Positions 19,423 through 30,152 of a DNA stretch of 64,000 nt are shown piece by piece (the stretch's first letter is position 1; every line of letters starts with the position of its first letter). A program made the position numbers and the translations under genes. Location of the stretch: the NCBI GenBank assembly GCA_017406745.1, contig JAFQXY010000012.1, forward strand, positions 4,349 to 68,348, given 5' to 3'. The notes under the pieces were generated by a model that worked only from the letters and a program-made list of their open reading frames with translations, was not told where the DNA came from and did no database searches. This stretch comes from Candidatus Saccharimonadota bacterium. Its GTDB lineage: Bacteria > Patescibacteriota > Saccharimonadia > Saccharimonadales > Saccharimonadaceae.

Positions 19423-20229
19423 CTACATCGCCCTACTCAAAATCTTCAACACAATAAACGTACCCAAACTCACAATCACCACCGTAGCACTAGTTGGCGT
19501 CACAAGATAATATGATATTATTAGCCCTACCACGAAGTTCAAAACAGCCAGCACTGCACTCGCAATAGTCACGCTCTTAAAACTCCTAAACACTGTCTGT
19601 GCCGAAAGGGCCGGAAAAACAATCAAACTAGAAATCAACAAAGCTCCCATCAAACGCATACCAAGCACTATCAGCACCGAACACAAAATTGCAAACAAAA
19701 CATTATAAAACTTTGTGTTTATACCTATAGCACGCGCAAATTTTTCGTCAAAAATAATAACAAATATTTTATTATGAAACACCACATAAACGCCCACAAT
19801 CACCAAAAGTAATAGCATTGCCAACCATACCTCGCTCTCACCGACAGCCAAAATACTCCCAAACAAATAACTATTTATATCTACATTAGTCCCAGCCAAC
19901 GAAACTGCAAAAACCCCAATCGCCAATGCGCTTACAGACACCAACGCAATCATTGCATCGCCATATATTTTTGAATTCTCACCTAATCGCAATACAAGAA
20001 AAGACGCCAAAATAACAATCGGAATTGCCACCGGAATTGGCGCAAATCCAAGCACAGAAGCCACTGCAAACGCACCAAACGCAACGTGTGACAATCCATC
20101 GCCCAGCATTGAACTTTTTTTCAAAACTAGTGGGATACCAATCAAAGCCGAAGAAAACGCAACAAGCACGCCCACAACCAGCGCACGCACCATAAAAGAG
20201 TAAGAAAACATTTCTACTAAACTATTCAT
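19423..20229 (-). CDS. znuB: metal ABC transporter permease (ZnuB/AdcB)
   Basis: GDGLSHVAF, YLFGSIL, GALLISSL. Confidence 0.9.
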   Translation of the reverse strand: MNSLVEMFSYSFMVRALVVGVLVAFSSALIGIPLVLKKSSMLGDGLSHVAFGAFAVASVLGFAPIPVAIPIVILASFLVLRLGENSKIYGDAMIALVSVSALAIGVFAVSLAGTNVDINSYLFGSILAVGESEVWLAMLLLLVIVGVYVVFHNKIFVIIFDEKFARAIGINTKFYNVLFAILCSVLIVLGMRLMGALLISSLIVFPALSAQTVFRSFKSVTIASAVLAVLNFVVGLIISYYLVTPTSATVVIVSLGTFIVLKILSRAM

Positions 20230-20896
20230 GATGCACCTTTCTTACAAAATCTTCTGTAGTACCAAAGAAATAGTCTTTGTCCCTCAACGACAAAATCTTA
20301 TTTCCAATCAGATTCCCGTGGTCAAGATCATGTGTAATCATAATAATTGCAATTTTTTGTTTAATATTTAATACTTTTATAAAATCGTATAATGATTCTT
20401 TAGACTCTTGGTCCAAATTATTAGACGGCTCGTCCAAAATCAATAATTTCTTAGTTGCCATCAACGCCCGCGCCAAAAGCACTTTTTGACGTTGACCACC
20501 AGACAACTCAGCAAAACTCGAATCTTTCAAATCTCCAATTTTAAGCAATTTTAGTTTTTCTTCTGCATGCTTTTTTATAGTACTATCATAAAAATTGCGC
20601 GGTTCATTCAGTGAACCAGACAGCACCACTTCAAAAACCGAAGCCGGAAAATTAGGATTTATCATATTTTCTTGTGATATATATCCTATATGGTTTCTTC
20701 TTACTCCCTCAAAATTAATTTCCCCCTCCATTGGCGCTATTAAGCCCAAAATCCCTCGCACCAAAGTAGTTTTGCCTGCACCATTTGGGCCAACAACACA
20801 AATAAAATCTTGTTCGTCAATCTCAAAATTAAGATCTTTTAAAACGGCTTTTCCACCATATCCCAGCTCAAGATTTTTTACCGTAATCAAACCCAT
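20222..20896 (-). CDS. znuC: metal ABC transporter ATPase (ZnuC/AdcC)
   Basis: GPNGAGKTT, LSGGQ, LDEP, ITHD. Confidence 0.9.
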   Translation of the reverse strand: MGLITVKNLELGYGGKAVLKDLNFEIDEQDFICVVGPNGAGKTTLVRGILGLIAPMEGEINFEGVRRNHIGYISQENMINPNFPASVFEVVLSGSLNEPRNFYDSTIKKHAEEKLKLLKIGDLKDSSFAELSGGQRQKVLLARALMATKKLLILDEPSNNLDQESKESLYDFIKVLNIKQKIAIIMITHDLDHGNLIGNKILSLRDKDYFFGTTEDFVRKVHHE

Positions 20897-21882
20897 TACC
20901 TTAGTGCCACCTCCAAAACCTTAAGGTTTCTCTCCATAATATCAGCATAAGTCACTCCAGATTCAAAATCTTCCACCGAAACATTATGGGCAGAGTGAAA
21001 CTCCAAAACTTCAGTACCAGTTTCCTTAGCAATAGTATTAGCAATTTTTCCATCACTCATTTCGATTTTAAAAACTACTGGGATTTTCTCAGTTTTTATC
21101 TTGTTGACAAGAAAAGAAATCGTTTTACTACTTGCCTCAGTCTGCTCCGAACATCCAGAAAAAACCGCAAAATAATCCAAGCCATAATCATCAACAAAAT
21201 AGCGCAACGGAAAACGATCGCCAAAAACGATAGTTTTTCTATTTGACTCCTCAATCAATTTTTTAAACTCTTGGTCAAGTACAGATAGCCTATTTATATA
21301 TTCCTCAGTGTTTTGTTCAAAAATTACCTTATGTTCTGGAAAAATCATTATAAACCTATTTTTAATATCATTAACTATTTTTATCGCATTTTTTATACTA
21401 GTCCAAATATGCTCATCATATTCCGCATTCTCACTCGCGGACGCACTCTCCACATAGCCATCGCTCCCTACATTTTCACCCCAATAATCATTTTCCATAC
21501 CCTCAACAATTTCTTCCTCAACCACTTGGACAATATCCATCATTTTTATTAACTTTTTTTCGTCAACCTCTACATTATTCAAAACATCTTCAATCCACTC
21601 ATCCGACTCCCCACCAGTATAAACAAAAGCCTTGCTATTTTTTATATCAATAATATCTTGCGGAGTAGGCTCAAAATCATGAATTTCCACACCGGGCTTC
21701 ATCAACATTTTTATATCAATTTTATCGCCCACCACCGCTCGCACAAAATCATACGCCGGAAAATTAGTGACCACCACAAAATCTTCTTCCCCCAATCTAT
21801 CTCCACCTTTTACTCCAATGATTATTCCAACAACAGTTATCAAAACTACAGCAACTACAATAATACTTTTTATGCCCTTCAT
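20896..21882 (-). CDS. znuA: metal ABC transporter substrate-binding protein (ZnuA/AdcA)
   Basis: HDFEPTP, DEHIWT, YFxxDYGL. Confidence 0.9.
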   Translation of the reverse strand: MKGIKSIIVVAVVLITVVGIIIGVKGGDRLGEEDFVVVTNFPAYDFVRAVVGDKIDIKMLMKPGVEIHDFEPTPQDIIDIKNSKAFVYTGGESDEWIEDVLNNVEVDEKKLIKMMDIVQVVEEEIVEGMENDYWGENVGSDGYVESASASENAEYDEHIWTSIKNAIKIVNDIKNRFIMIFPEHKVIFEQNTEEYINRLSVLDQEFKKLIEESNRKTIVFGDRFPLRYFVDDYGLDYFAVFSGCSEQTEASSKTISFLVNKIKTEKIPVVFKIEMSDGKIANTIAKETGTEVLEFHSAHNVSVEDFESGVTYADIMERNLKVLEVALR

Positions 21883-21902
21883 CTTCTCATTTATCCCCTA
21901 AC

Positions 21903-21930
21903 AAAAGCCCCCACCAACAAGGTAGGGGCC
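21903..21930 (-). terminator. intrinsic terminator
   Basis: GCCCCTACC/GGTGGGGGC stem then TTTT on the minus strand. Confidence 0.65.
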
Positions 21931-21949
21931 ATTTCTCAAAATCTCTAGA

Positions 21950-22426
21950 TTAATCCTTAGATGACTTTTTAGTAGTATTATCTGCAATACATTGCGTATT
22001 GTGCCAAATCATGATAAACATCATTGTGGCTTCATATATTAAGCGTACTACGATAGGCCCAAAAATCAAGAAGCCCAAGAACATCAATATACCCATTCCG
22101 CCCACGGCCAAGAAAGTAAACGAATAGAGTATTACAAAGATAGTTGCAATATAATAAACTACCTTCAAAATTGGCTCAATCCACATTACCTTAAATGCTA
22201 GAAAATCCTTTAACCATTTAGCAAACTTGCCTTTTGGCTCGTTCTTGCTTCTTACAAATAAAAAGTAAACCAAAATACCGCCAACCAAAGCCAAAATTGT
22301 AGCAATAATTGTCCAGATCATCACACCCTGCATGGCACTGCCAACTGAGCTAGAGCTACCCAACAAATCCATTATATCGTCACTACTGCTACCATAGCTG
22401 TAGTATGATGTCCCTAATATATCCAT
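21950..22426 (-). CDS. membrane protein (DUF4282-like)
   Basis: 3 TM helices; FL.F....I.K..Y...GPI..R..YE; AAGGAG SD. Confidence 0.75.
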   Translation of the reverse strand: MDILGTSYYSYGSSSDDIMDLLGSSSSVGSAMQGVMIWTIIATILALVGGILVYFLFVRSKNEPKGKFAKWLKDFLAFKVMWIEPILKVVYYIATIFVILYSFTFLAVGGMGILMFLGFLIFGPIVVRLIYEATMMFIMIWHNTQCIADNTTKKSSKD

Positions 22427-22583
22427 AATAACTCCTTATTTATTATTAACTTTATCATACCACAAAAATGCAAAAACTGTAAAGCATTTTTTAAGATTAT
22501 TTTAAGTTTTCCACAAGCATAAGCGTAATCATCTCAAATCATAAACATTTTTATTTTTAGATACACCATTATATAATATATAC

Positions 22584-23837
22584 ATGAACCGTATTCCTCT
22601 AGCCGAGCGTATGCGCCCGCAAAAACTCCAAGAAGTTTTAGGGCAAGAACAAATTATTGGAAAAGGCAAAATCCTCACCGAAATTGTCAAAAAAGGTGAA
22701 CCCACCAATTTAATTTTTTGGGGACCTCCAGGCACCGGCAAAACCACCTTAGCTAGAATTATCGCTAAAGAGTTTAATGCTGATTTTATCGAAATCTCTG
22801 CCGTTACTTCTGGCAAAAAAGATGTAGAAGAAGTCGTTAAGCGCGCCAAAACCAACTGGAATCTCCAAATCCGCACAATTCTTTTTGTAGACGAGATTCA
22901 TCGCTTCAACAAAGCCCAACAAGACGCATTTCTTCCCCATGTAGAGTCTGGCCTTATTACTCTAATCGGCGCCACCACTGAAAATCCTAGTTTTGAAATT
23001 ATCTCCCCTCTTCTTTCTCGCTCTCGCGTGATAATTGTTTCACCATTATCAAAGTCCGCCATCACCAAGGTACTCAAACGTGCATGCAAATCCGAAAATA
23101 TCACTATAAAACATAAGCCATCATCCACACCAACAGCCCCAGCTACTTCCACATCCACACGTACTATTACACCGGACGCACTAGACTATCTAGCCGAACT
23201 TTCTGGTGGTGACGCCCGCTCTGCACTCGGCGATTTAGAACTAGCCATCAGCCTAACCGACAAAATAGACAAACATATTATCACCCAAGCCACCGGTCGC
23301 AAAATGCCAAGTTACGACAAAAAAGGCGACCACCACTATGATAATATATCTGCTTTTATTAAATCCATGCGTGGCTCCGATGTTGACGCTACACTTTATT
23401 ACCTCGCCCGCATGGTGGAAGCCGGCGAAGACCCCAAATTCATTGCTAGACGTATGGTAATTTTCGCCTCCGAAGACATTGGCCTTGCCGGCAACGGTGC
23501 TCTTAGCCTTGCCACTGCCTGCTTTCAAGCCGTAGAACGCGTTGGCATGCCAGAATCCGGCCTTATTTTATCACACACCGCCGTAGCCTTAGCCAAATCC
23601 AAAAAATCCCGCGCCACCACCAGCGCTTGGTACAAAGCTCAAGACCTCGCCAGAAAAACCATGGGCGAACCTGTCCCCATTTGGCTTCGCAATGCTCCCA
23701 CCAAACTCATGAAAGATCTAGGTTACGGCAAAGGCCAAAAATGGGAAGCTGGTTTTCATTTAAATAAAAATTACCTACCAGATAATATTAAGGGTACGGT
23801 TATATGGAATAGAAATAGCGATAATCTTGAGCATTGA
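22584..23837 (+). CDS. rarA: replication-associated recombination protein A (MgsA)
   Basis: [46 protein letters not shown]. Confidence 0.95.
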   Translation: MNRIPLAERMRPQKLQEVLGQEQIIGKGKILTEIVKKGEPTNLIFWGPPGTGKTTLARIIAKEFNADFIEISAVTSGKKDVEEVVKRAKTNWNLQIRTILFVDEIHRFNKAQQDAFLPHVESGLITLIGATTENPSFEIISPLLSRSRVIIVSPLSKSAITKVLKRACKSENITIKHKPSSTPTAPATSTSTRTITPDALDYLAELSGGDARSALGDLELAISLTDKIDKHIITQATGRKMPSYDKKGDHHYDNISAFIKSMRGSDVDATLYYLARMVEAGEDPKFIARRMVIFASEDIGLAGNGALSLATACFQAVERVGMPESGLILSHTAVALAKSKKSRATTSAWYKAQDLARKTMGEPVPIWLRNAPTKLMKDLGYGKGQKWEAGFHLNKNYLPDNIKGTVIWNRNSDNLEH

Positions 23838-23966
23838 GCAAGCCCGAGAACTAAAAAATAATTTCACAGATTTGAATCCTGTACTGCAATACAGGTGAAA
23901 ATCTGCCTAAAATTATTTTTTAGTTCCCGGCGCACAGCGAACCGCGAATGATTATCTCTATTTCTA
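23810..23966. mobile_element. 157-bp palindromic MITE/RPE-like element
   Basis: 17-bp terminal inverted repeats (16/17) with TA ends; nested internal inverted repeats. Confidence 0.65.
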
Positions 23967-25754
23967 TTTTAAGAAAGCTCCACTTTGCCGATCCCACAGT
24001 TTAGCATATTCACCACCAGCTTTTAACAACTCTGTATGTGTGCCTTGCTCAACAATCACTCCATTATTCAGCACCACAATCCTATCCAACCCCGCAATCG
24101 TAGATAGCCTATGCGCTACTACTATAGAAGTCCGTCCTTGCATTAAATTAGTCAAAGCCCCTTGTATCAAAGCTTCGCTTTCTGAGTCTAAAGCCGAAGT
24201 CGCCTCATCCAATACCAAAATCGGCGCATCTTTTAAAATTGCCCTAGCTATTGCAATCCTCTGTCTTTGTCCACCAGATAATTTTACGCCTCGCTCCCCC
24301 ACCATAGTATCATACCCCTCTGGCAATCCAGCAATAAACTCATCCGCGTTCGCAAGTCGTGCTGCTTCATAAACTTCCTCATCTGTTGCATCGGGTCGTC
24401 CATAGGCAATATTCTCAAACACACTCCGGTGAAATAGTGACGACTCTTGTGGAACATATGCAATCGCCTCGCGCAAACTTTTTTGCGTTACATCACGAAT
24501 ATCTTGCCCATCAATACATATCGCCCCTTTCTTTACATCCGCAAATCTCAATAAAAGCTTCGTTAATGTTGTCTTACCAGAACCCGAAACCCCTACTAAT
24601 CCCACCGATTGCCCCATTGGAATTTCCAACGAAAAATCTTCAAAAATCGCCTGTTTTGCCCCAGGGTGCTTAAACGAAATATGGTCAAAATCCACCCCTG
24701 CCGTTACTCCCACTTCTAACTTTTTCGCATTTGGCGTATCTACTACGTCATCTTTTAGGCCCAAGATTTCCGTCATCTCATATGCATCGCCAAACACTCG
24801 CGTAAAAGTCCGGAAAATACTATTCAAATCCCACAAACTCCCTAAAACTTGTTGTGAATAATTAATAATCAGAACTAACGTTGCCACCGATAATCCAAAC
24901 ACCGTTGTCCCCGACACCATCAAATAAACAGTTGCTCCAACCAATCCAACATTCACAAAGCTAAAGAAAATCTCTCGCATAATATGCGCGCGCATACTCT
25001 TATTTGCCGCCACATACCAATCATGATTAAAGCCTGCATAACGTTTTTGTTCATATTTTTCTCTAGCATAAGATTTGACCACCGTAATGTTCGAAACCGA
25101 ATCAGAAAGTTGTCCAGTCATCTTGTTACTTGTCTCAGCCTCTTTCTTGTTTAATCTCGCAATTGGCTTTGACATTAACCCCGAAATCAGCGCATATACA
25201 AAAATCAAAACCACCATAATAATAGTAAAAATCGGCGCTCTTGGGAACAAAATCACAATATATGAAATAATAGCCGTCACCCACGGCAAAATATTCCAAA
25301 TAATCTCGTCCATTAATCTCTCGTACGCGCTCACAAAACGATTCGCCTGCGACACCAAAGAACCCGAAAATCTATCCGTGTGAAACTGCATCGATTGCGC
25401 CGAAACTACCTCAAAAACTCTGCTCGATAAATCATACATTGACTTTAGCTCTAATCGCCATGCACAAAAAGTTCGTAATTTTTCAAGCACAAAACTACTA
25501 ATTACATATAGTACCATTAAAGTCCCCGCCATCGGCAAAATCCTTGTCACTAATTCCTCCTGTAATAGCCCCTCAGATACTACACCAATCATCTCAGACA
25601 TCACCAGCGGTATCAACGCACTCCGGATCACAATCACGACCGGCGTCAAAATAAACGCTCCCAAAGCCAGCCACTTATGCTTTACCGTTACCTGCCAAAA
25701 ATAACCCAAAGTTTTTAAAGCATTTCTAGACTTCTTCTCCCATTTCTTAACCAT
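23964..25754 (-). CDS. ABC transporter fused permease/ATPase (exporter)
   Basis: TM domain plus GxSGSGKTT, LSGGQRQR, LDEATSALD. Confidence 0.93.
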   Translation of the reverse strand: MVKKWEKKSRNALKTLGYFWQVTVKHKWLALGAFILTPVVIVIRSALIPLVMSEMIGVVSEGLLQEELVTRILPMAGTLMVLYVISSFVLEKLRTFCAWRLELKSMYDLSSRVFEVVSAQSMQFHTDRFSGSLVSQANRFVSAYERLMDEIIWNILPWVTAIISYIVILFPRAPIFTIIMVVLIFVYALISGLMSKPIARLNKKEAETSNKMTGQLSDSVSNITVVKSYAREKYEQKRYAGFNHDWYVAANKSMRAHIMREIFFSFVNVGLVGATVYLMVSGTTVFGLSVATLVLIINYSQQVLGSLWDLNSIFRTFTRVFGDAYEMTEILGLKDDVVDTPNAKKLEVGVTAGVDFDHISFKHPGAKQAIFEDFSLEIPMGQSVGLVGVSGSGKTTLTKLLLRFADVKKGAICIDGQDIRDVTQKSLREAIAYVPQESSLFHRSVFENIAYGRPDATDEEVYEAARLANADEFIAGLPEGYDTMVGERGVKLSGGQRQRIAIARAILKDAPILVLDEATSALDSESEALIQGALTNLMQGRTSIVVAHRLSTIAGLDRIVVLNNGVIVEQGTHTELLKAGGEYAKLWDRQSGAFLK

Positions 25755-25810
25755 ATATATTATATTGTATCATAACTTATGCTATAATTATAAAAAGGAG
25801 TTTTATTTTT

Positions 25811-27154
25811 ATGAGCAAATTAGAAGATATCGTAAGTTTATGTAAACGTCGTGGATTCATTTTTCAAGGCTCCGAAATCTATGGTGGCATGGCAGGCACT
25901 TGGGATTTTGGTCCACTCGGCGTCGCGCTCAAGAAAAAAATTATGGATGCTTGGTGGAAGTATTGGGTAGAAGATCGCGATGATATGTACGGCGTAGACG
26001 CCTCCATCATCATGAATCCCAGAACTTGGGTAGCTTCTGGCCACGTAGCCACTTTTGCAGACCCTCTTGTCGAGTGTAAAAATTGCCACGGTCGTTTTCG
26101 TGCCGACAAAATCGCCGATGGTATCACCGAATCCGTTACTACCACGGAATTTCACAATCTTCACATCAAATGTCCTACCTGTGGCAAAGAAGACTGGGGA
26201 GACGTCCGCAAGTTTAACATGATGTTTGCGACCCGCGTAGGCGCAGTTCTTCCAGACGACACTGGCGAAATCGCCGATAAATCTATAGCTTACCTCCGCC
26301 CCGAAACCGCCCAAGGCATCTTCACTAACTTCAAAAACATCGTAGATACCATCTACCCCTCCTTACCATTTGGTATTGCTCAGCAAGGCAAAGCTTTTCG
26401 TAATGAAATCAGCCCTCGCGATTTCATCTTGCGCGACCGCGAATGTTCTCAAATGGAAATAGAATATTTTGTCCACCCTTCAGATTGGGAAACTCAATTT
26501 AATAAACTCCTCAAAGAAAATCACTATTTCTTAGAAAATATCATGGGGCTACCAGCTAGTCATCTTCACGATTACGAAGTTCCCGCCAACGACCGCGCCC
26601 ACTACTCCAAACGTACCGTTGATTTCATGTTTGATTACCCCAACAGCACCGAAGAACTCATGGGGCTAGCTTACCGCACCGATTTCGACCTCCAAAACAT
26701 CGCCAAAGAATCTGGCAAATCCATGGAGTATCGCGACAAAAACACTGGTGAAAGTTTTGTCCCCCATGTCATAGAGCCATCTATCGGCGTAGAACGTTTA
26801 TTCTTGGCGGTATTATCATCCGCTTACACCGAAGACGAAATCGACGGTAGCGCCCGCACCGTACTTCGCCTCCCAGAAAACCTCGCCCCTTATCGCTTCT
26901 GTGTCTCGCCACTACTCAAAAACAAACCAGAATTAGTCGCCAAAGCTCGCGAAGTTTACCAAAAATTACGCACCAAATACGGCAACGTCACTTGGGACGA
27001 TTCTGGCAATATTGGCAAACGCTATCGCAAGCAAGACGAAATCGGCACCCCCAAATGTATCGTAATCGATTTCGACACCCTAGAAGACAACACTGTCACC
27101 ATCCGCGACCGCGATACCGCCAAGCAAATCCGCATCCAGATTTCTGAACTATAA
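25811..27154 (+). CDS. glyQS: glycine--tRNA ligase (alpha2 type)
   Basis: KRRGF..EIYGG, LRPETAQG, FRNEI, PHVIEPS, IGKRYRxQDEIGTP. Confidence 0.96.
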   Translation: MSKLEDIVSLCKRRGFIFQGSEIYGGMAGTWDFGPLGVALKKKIMDAWWKYWVEDRDDMYGVDASIIMNPRTWVASGHVATFADPLVECKNCHGRFRADKIADGITESVTTTEFHNLHIKCPTCGKEDWGDVRKFNMMFATRVGAVLPDDTGEIADKSIAYLRPETAQGIFTNFKNIVDTIYPSLPFGIAQQGKAFRNEISPRDFILRDRECSQMEIEYFVHPSDWETQFNKLLKENHYFLENIMGLPASHLHDYEVPANDRAHYSKRTVDFMFDYPNSTEELMGLAYRTDFDLQNIAKESGKSMEYRDKNTGESFVPHVIEPSIGVERLFLAVLSSAYTEDEIDGSARTVLRLPENLAPYRFCVSPLLKNKPELVAKAREVYQKLRTKYGNVTWDDSGNIGKRYRKQDEIGTPKCIVIDFDTLEDNTVTIRDRDTAKQIRIQISEL

Positions 27155-27272
27155 AATCATACTCCAGCCCCATCAAATCATACTCCCGCATTTAACAGGG
27201 GAGCAGAAAAACATACTTTGACATTTAAAAAACATACTTTCATGATATAATTAACTAAAATAAGGAGATATT

Positions 27273-27803
27273 ATGGCAGATTTTAACAAAATTTTAACCC
27301 CAGGGGATTATGAAAAAGGCGAGCTCAATGTCGTAATTGAGATCCCTACCGGTTCCAATCACAAAATCGAATGGGATCGCGAACATGCTTGCTTCATGCT
27401 AGATCGAGTAGAACCTATGGCTTTTGCAAAACCTTGCAATTATGGTTTTATCCCACAAACTCTAGATGAAGACGGCGATGAGCTAGACGTCCTCATGGTC
27501 ACCGACCAACCCCTCACCACTGGTATATGGATGCAAGGCAAGATTCTTGGCGTTATGAAATTCGTAGACGGTGGAGAAGTAGACGACAAAATCATCTGCG
27601 TACCAGCAGACGATCGCAACAACGGCGACGCCTACCAAACCTTAGAAGACCTACCACAGCAATTGATCAAGCAAATTGAATTCCATTTCAATCATTACAA
27701 AGACCTCAAAAAACCAGGTTCCACTGAAGTCAAAGGTTTCTTTGGCCTAGACGAAGCCAAAAAAATCATCGCCGATGCCATTGCCAGATGGAACAAAAAA
27801 TAA
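27273..27803 (+). CDS. ppa: inorganic pyrophosphatase (family I)
   Basis: EIP.GS..K.E, LDR, NYGFIPQT, DGDxLD, DDK. Confidence 0.95.
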   Translation: MADFNKILTPGDYEKGELNVVIEIPTGSNHKIEWDREHACFMLDRVEPMAFAKPCNYGFIPQTLDEDGDELDVLMVTDQPLTTGIWMQGKILGVMKFVDGGEVDDKIICVPADDRNNGDAYQTLEDLPQQLIKQIEFHFNHYKDLKKPGSTEVKGFFGLDEAKKIIADAIARWNKK

Positions 27804-27820
27804 TCCTAAAAAGCATACAA

Positions 27821-27853
27821 ATAATAAAGAGCCTTATGCTGGCTCTTTATTAT
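27821..27853. terminator. bidirectional terminator
   Basis: ATAATAAAGAGCC-7-GGCTCTTTATTAT between convergent genes. Confidence 0.75.
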
Positions 27854-28326
27854 TACAGCGCTACCCCGGCTTTCTCCATCTGTCTAATGTTGCTACGAAC
27901 CTCCTCGGTAGTCATCCCATTATATTCACTACTTTTTACCTGCAAAACAATATATTTTCCGTTCAAAGTTTTATCTATTGCCCAATCAAGTTCACCCACG
28001 CTAATATTTTCATTTGCCAATTTAGCACTTTCTTCATCTTCGTATTCAAAGAAAATCTTTGCACCCGTAATATTATTACCATTATAATAATAAACTATCC
28101 TTGTGTAGTCCGGCTCATACTCTCCTTCCACGAAAGATGCCATCTTTTTGTCCATAGATACCACCAGCTTACTATCATCAGATACAAAATACCCATCTTC
28201 AATTTTTGGTGCCATATTTACTAGCGCCAATACTACCGCCACCACTAGCACTATCACTGCCACCACTATAGATATTATCAAAGCTTTTTTATCAAGTTTA
28301 TTTTTCTTCGTCTCTTTTTTGTTCAT
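27853..28326 (-). CDS. membrane-anchored hypothetical protein
   Basis: basic N-terminus plus TM helix; AAGGAG SD. Confidence 0.75.
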   Translation of the reverse strand: MNKKETKKNKLDKKALIISIVVAVIVLVVAVVLALVNMAPKIEDGYFVSDDSKLVVSMDKKMASFVEGEYEPDYTRIVYYYNGNNITGAKIFFEYEDEESAKLANENISVGELDWAIDKTLNGKYIVLQVKSSEYNGMTTEEVRSNIRQMEKAGVAL

Positions 28327-28346
28327 TTCTGCTCCTTTTTATAATT

Positions 28347-29036
28347 CTAACACTTATTTACTGCTCTTGCAATCTTTAATATTTTAGATAGTGTAGCTCC
28401 GTCTACATTTTTTACCCTCTCTACAACACTTAACTCCACCGCCAACATCAATCGCATCATTTTTATTTCATTTACCCCAATCTCACCATAATTATTCACG
28501 CTCAAAGCCCCCTCCGTATTATCCCAAACATATTTTTCCTCTTCCCGCAATTTTTCTCCAGTGGTATCACGATACAAGTTTATTTCCTCTCCGCTCGCTT
28601 TTGCTAGATTTAACCAAAACCATGTTTCTATCAAATTAATCCCCACATTTTTGTCTAAAGCCATCATACTCTGATCCACAATCGTAAAAAACTCAGGATT
28701 ATCTAGGTTTTCCGATAGCAAACTCACCTTCTTCAAAATCATACCCGCCAACTCCATTTTGTTCAAATCCAACAAAATATTTCCGCAATATTTCAACATT
28801 TTTGCACTTGTAATCACTCCGAACTCACTTTTACCTTTATGAATATTCAAATCCACCAAAGAAAACATCTCCACGCCACCAGCCAATTTAGACTTTGGTT
28901 TTCGTACCCCTTTTGCAATCGCCACCATCTTACCACTTGGTGTAATCAAATTCAAAATCCTATCCGCCTCCGCATAATTAGTACGCTTCAATATATAAGC
29001 GTATGTCCTTATTTCATTTTGCGTATTTTTGGGCAT
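28347..29036 (-). CDS. recO: DNA repair protein RecO
   Basis: LKRTNY.EADRIL..T..GK..AIAKGVRK.KSKL.G..E.F. Confidence 0.9.
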   Translation of the reverse strand: MPKNTQNEIRTYAYILKRTNYAEADRILNLITPSGKMVAIAKGVRKPKSKLAGGVEMFSLVDLNIHKGKSEFGVITSAKMLKYCGNILLDLNKMELAGMILKKVSLLSENLDNPEFFTIVDQSMMALDKNVGINLIETWFWLNLAKASGEEINLYRDTTGEKLREEEKYVWDNTEGALSVNNYGEIGVNEIKMMRLMLAVELSVVERVKNVDGATLSKILKIARAVNKC

Positions 29037-29367
29037 ACTCTTTTATCTCCTTTGGTAACATGGTATCTTTGTTCAATATCCCTACCACACCATACATCTC
29101 CAAATTATCCACCCCAAAATCTAGCGATGAAATCACCACTACCGGTATCTGTGCAGTATCTTTATATGAAACCATCTCATTTAAAAAAGTAAAGCCATCT
29201 GGACCATTTAATAATATATCCAAAAATATCAATTTTGGCATCACGCCACTCGCAATTTCGTTCATTGCTTCTATTGCATTATCAAAAAATCTTATTTTAT
29301 CTACATCCCCCACAGCTCGAGACACACACTCCGCCATTATCTTGTCATCATCAATTATAAAAATCAT
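29014..29367 (-). CDS. single-domain response regulator
   Basis: IIDDD, LDI.L.GPDG, ISS and K receiver motifs. Confidence 0.88.
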   Translation of the reverse strand: MIFIIDDDKIMAECVSRAVGDVDKIRFFDNAIEAMNEIASGVMPKLIFLDILLNGPDGFTFLNEMVSYKDTAQIPVVVISSLDFGVDNLEMYGVVGILNKDTMLPKEIKEYAQKYAK

Positions 29368-30044
29368 AATAAACTCAACTGTCTAGATATTGGTATTTTT
29401 ACATAAAAACTCGCCCCATCACGATGGCGCACCGCCCCCACCTCTGCGTGCATATAACGTGAAAACTTCGAAGCAATATATAGCCCCAACCCAGAAGACC
29501 CAGGGCGCATAGCAATTGCCGTAGGTTCTTTGATAAAACCTTTTTTCATTTCTCGCCATATATTTACTGGTAAAGCCGGCCCATAATCCCTCACCATCAC
29601 CTTTACACACTCCCTTTCATCTTGCACCGCCAATTCAGACTGCGTCCCTTCCGCCGAATAGTGCATCGCATTTACCAAAAAATTATATATCACGCTATAC
29701 AACAATTCACGATTTGCCGTCACCACTCTAGCCTTATTGGTATATTTTACTCTTAATCCTCGCTTATTTTCGCGAAATAAATATCTTAATTCCTGCATCA
29801 CGTCATCACAAACTACTCTCACCGCCACTGGCTCCATTTCAAACAATCCGTCTTCTAGCCTCCTAACTTTGGCCAAATCGTTCACTTGTCTAATTGCCCG
29901 TTCGGATACTTGCACCATTTCATCACGCAAATGTTCATTTTTCGCACCCAAATCATCTAAAGACAATGCCAACTGGCGCAATACCGCCAGTGGGGCTTTT
30001 AGTTCATGTGCCACCACCAACACGCCATCTACCTCCTGCATCAT
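29364..30044 (-). CDS. histidine kinase without a sensor domain
   Basis: AHELKAPL H-box, N..NA N-box, RDYG, GLGL. Confidence 0.88.
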   Translation of the reverse strand: MMQEVDGVLVVAHELKAPLAVLRQLALSLDDLGAKNEHLRDEMVQVSERAIRQVNDLAKVRRLEDGLFEMEPVAVRVVCDDVMQELRYLFRENKRGLRVKYTNKARVVTANRELLYSVIYNFLVNAMHYSAEGTQSELAVQDERECVKVMVRDYGPALPVNIWREMKKGFIKEPTAIAMRPGSSGLGLYIASKFSRYMHAEVGAVRHRDGASFYVKIPISRQLSLL

Positions 30045-30152
30045 AATTATATTATATACTATTTTTTATTTTTCTTACAGCAGAATTACAACAAAATTAC
30101 AGCGAAATCACACCAAAAAACACATCAATCCACTATAAAACGTCTTTCACTA

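Noticed and set aside
22507-22515. DnaA-box-like TTTTCCACA / possible oriC
   Set aside because: Isolated and mismatched, and the C-rich + strand skew does not switch in the window
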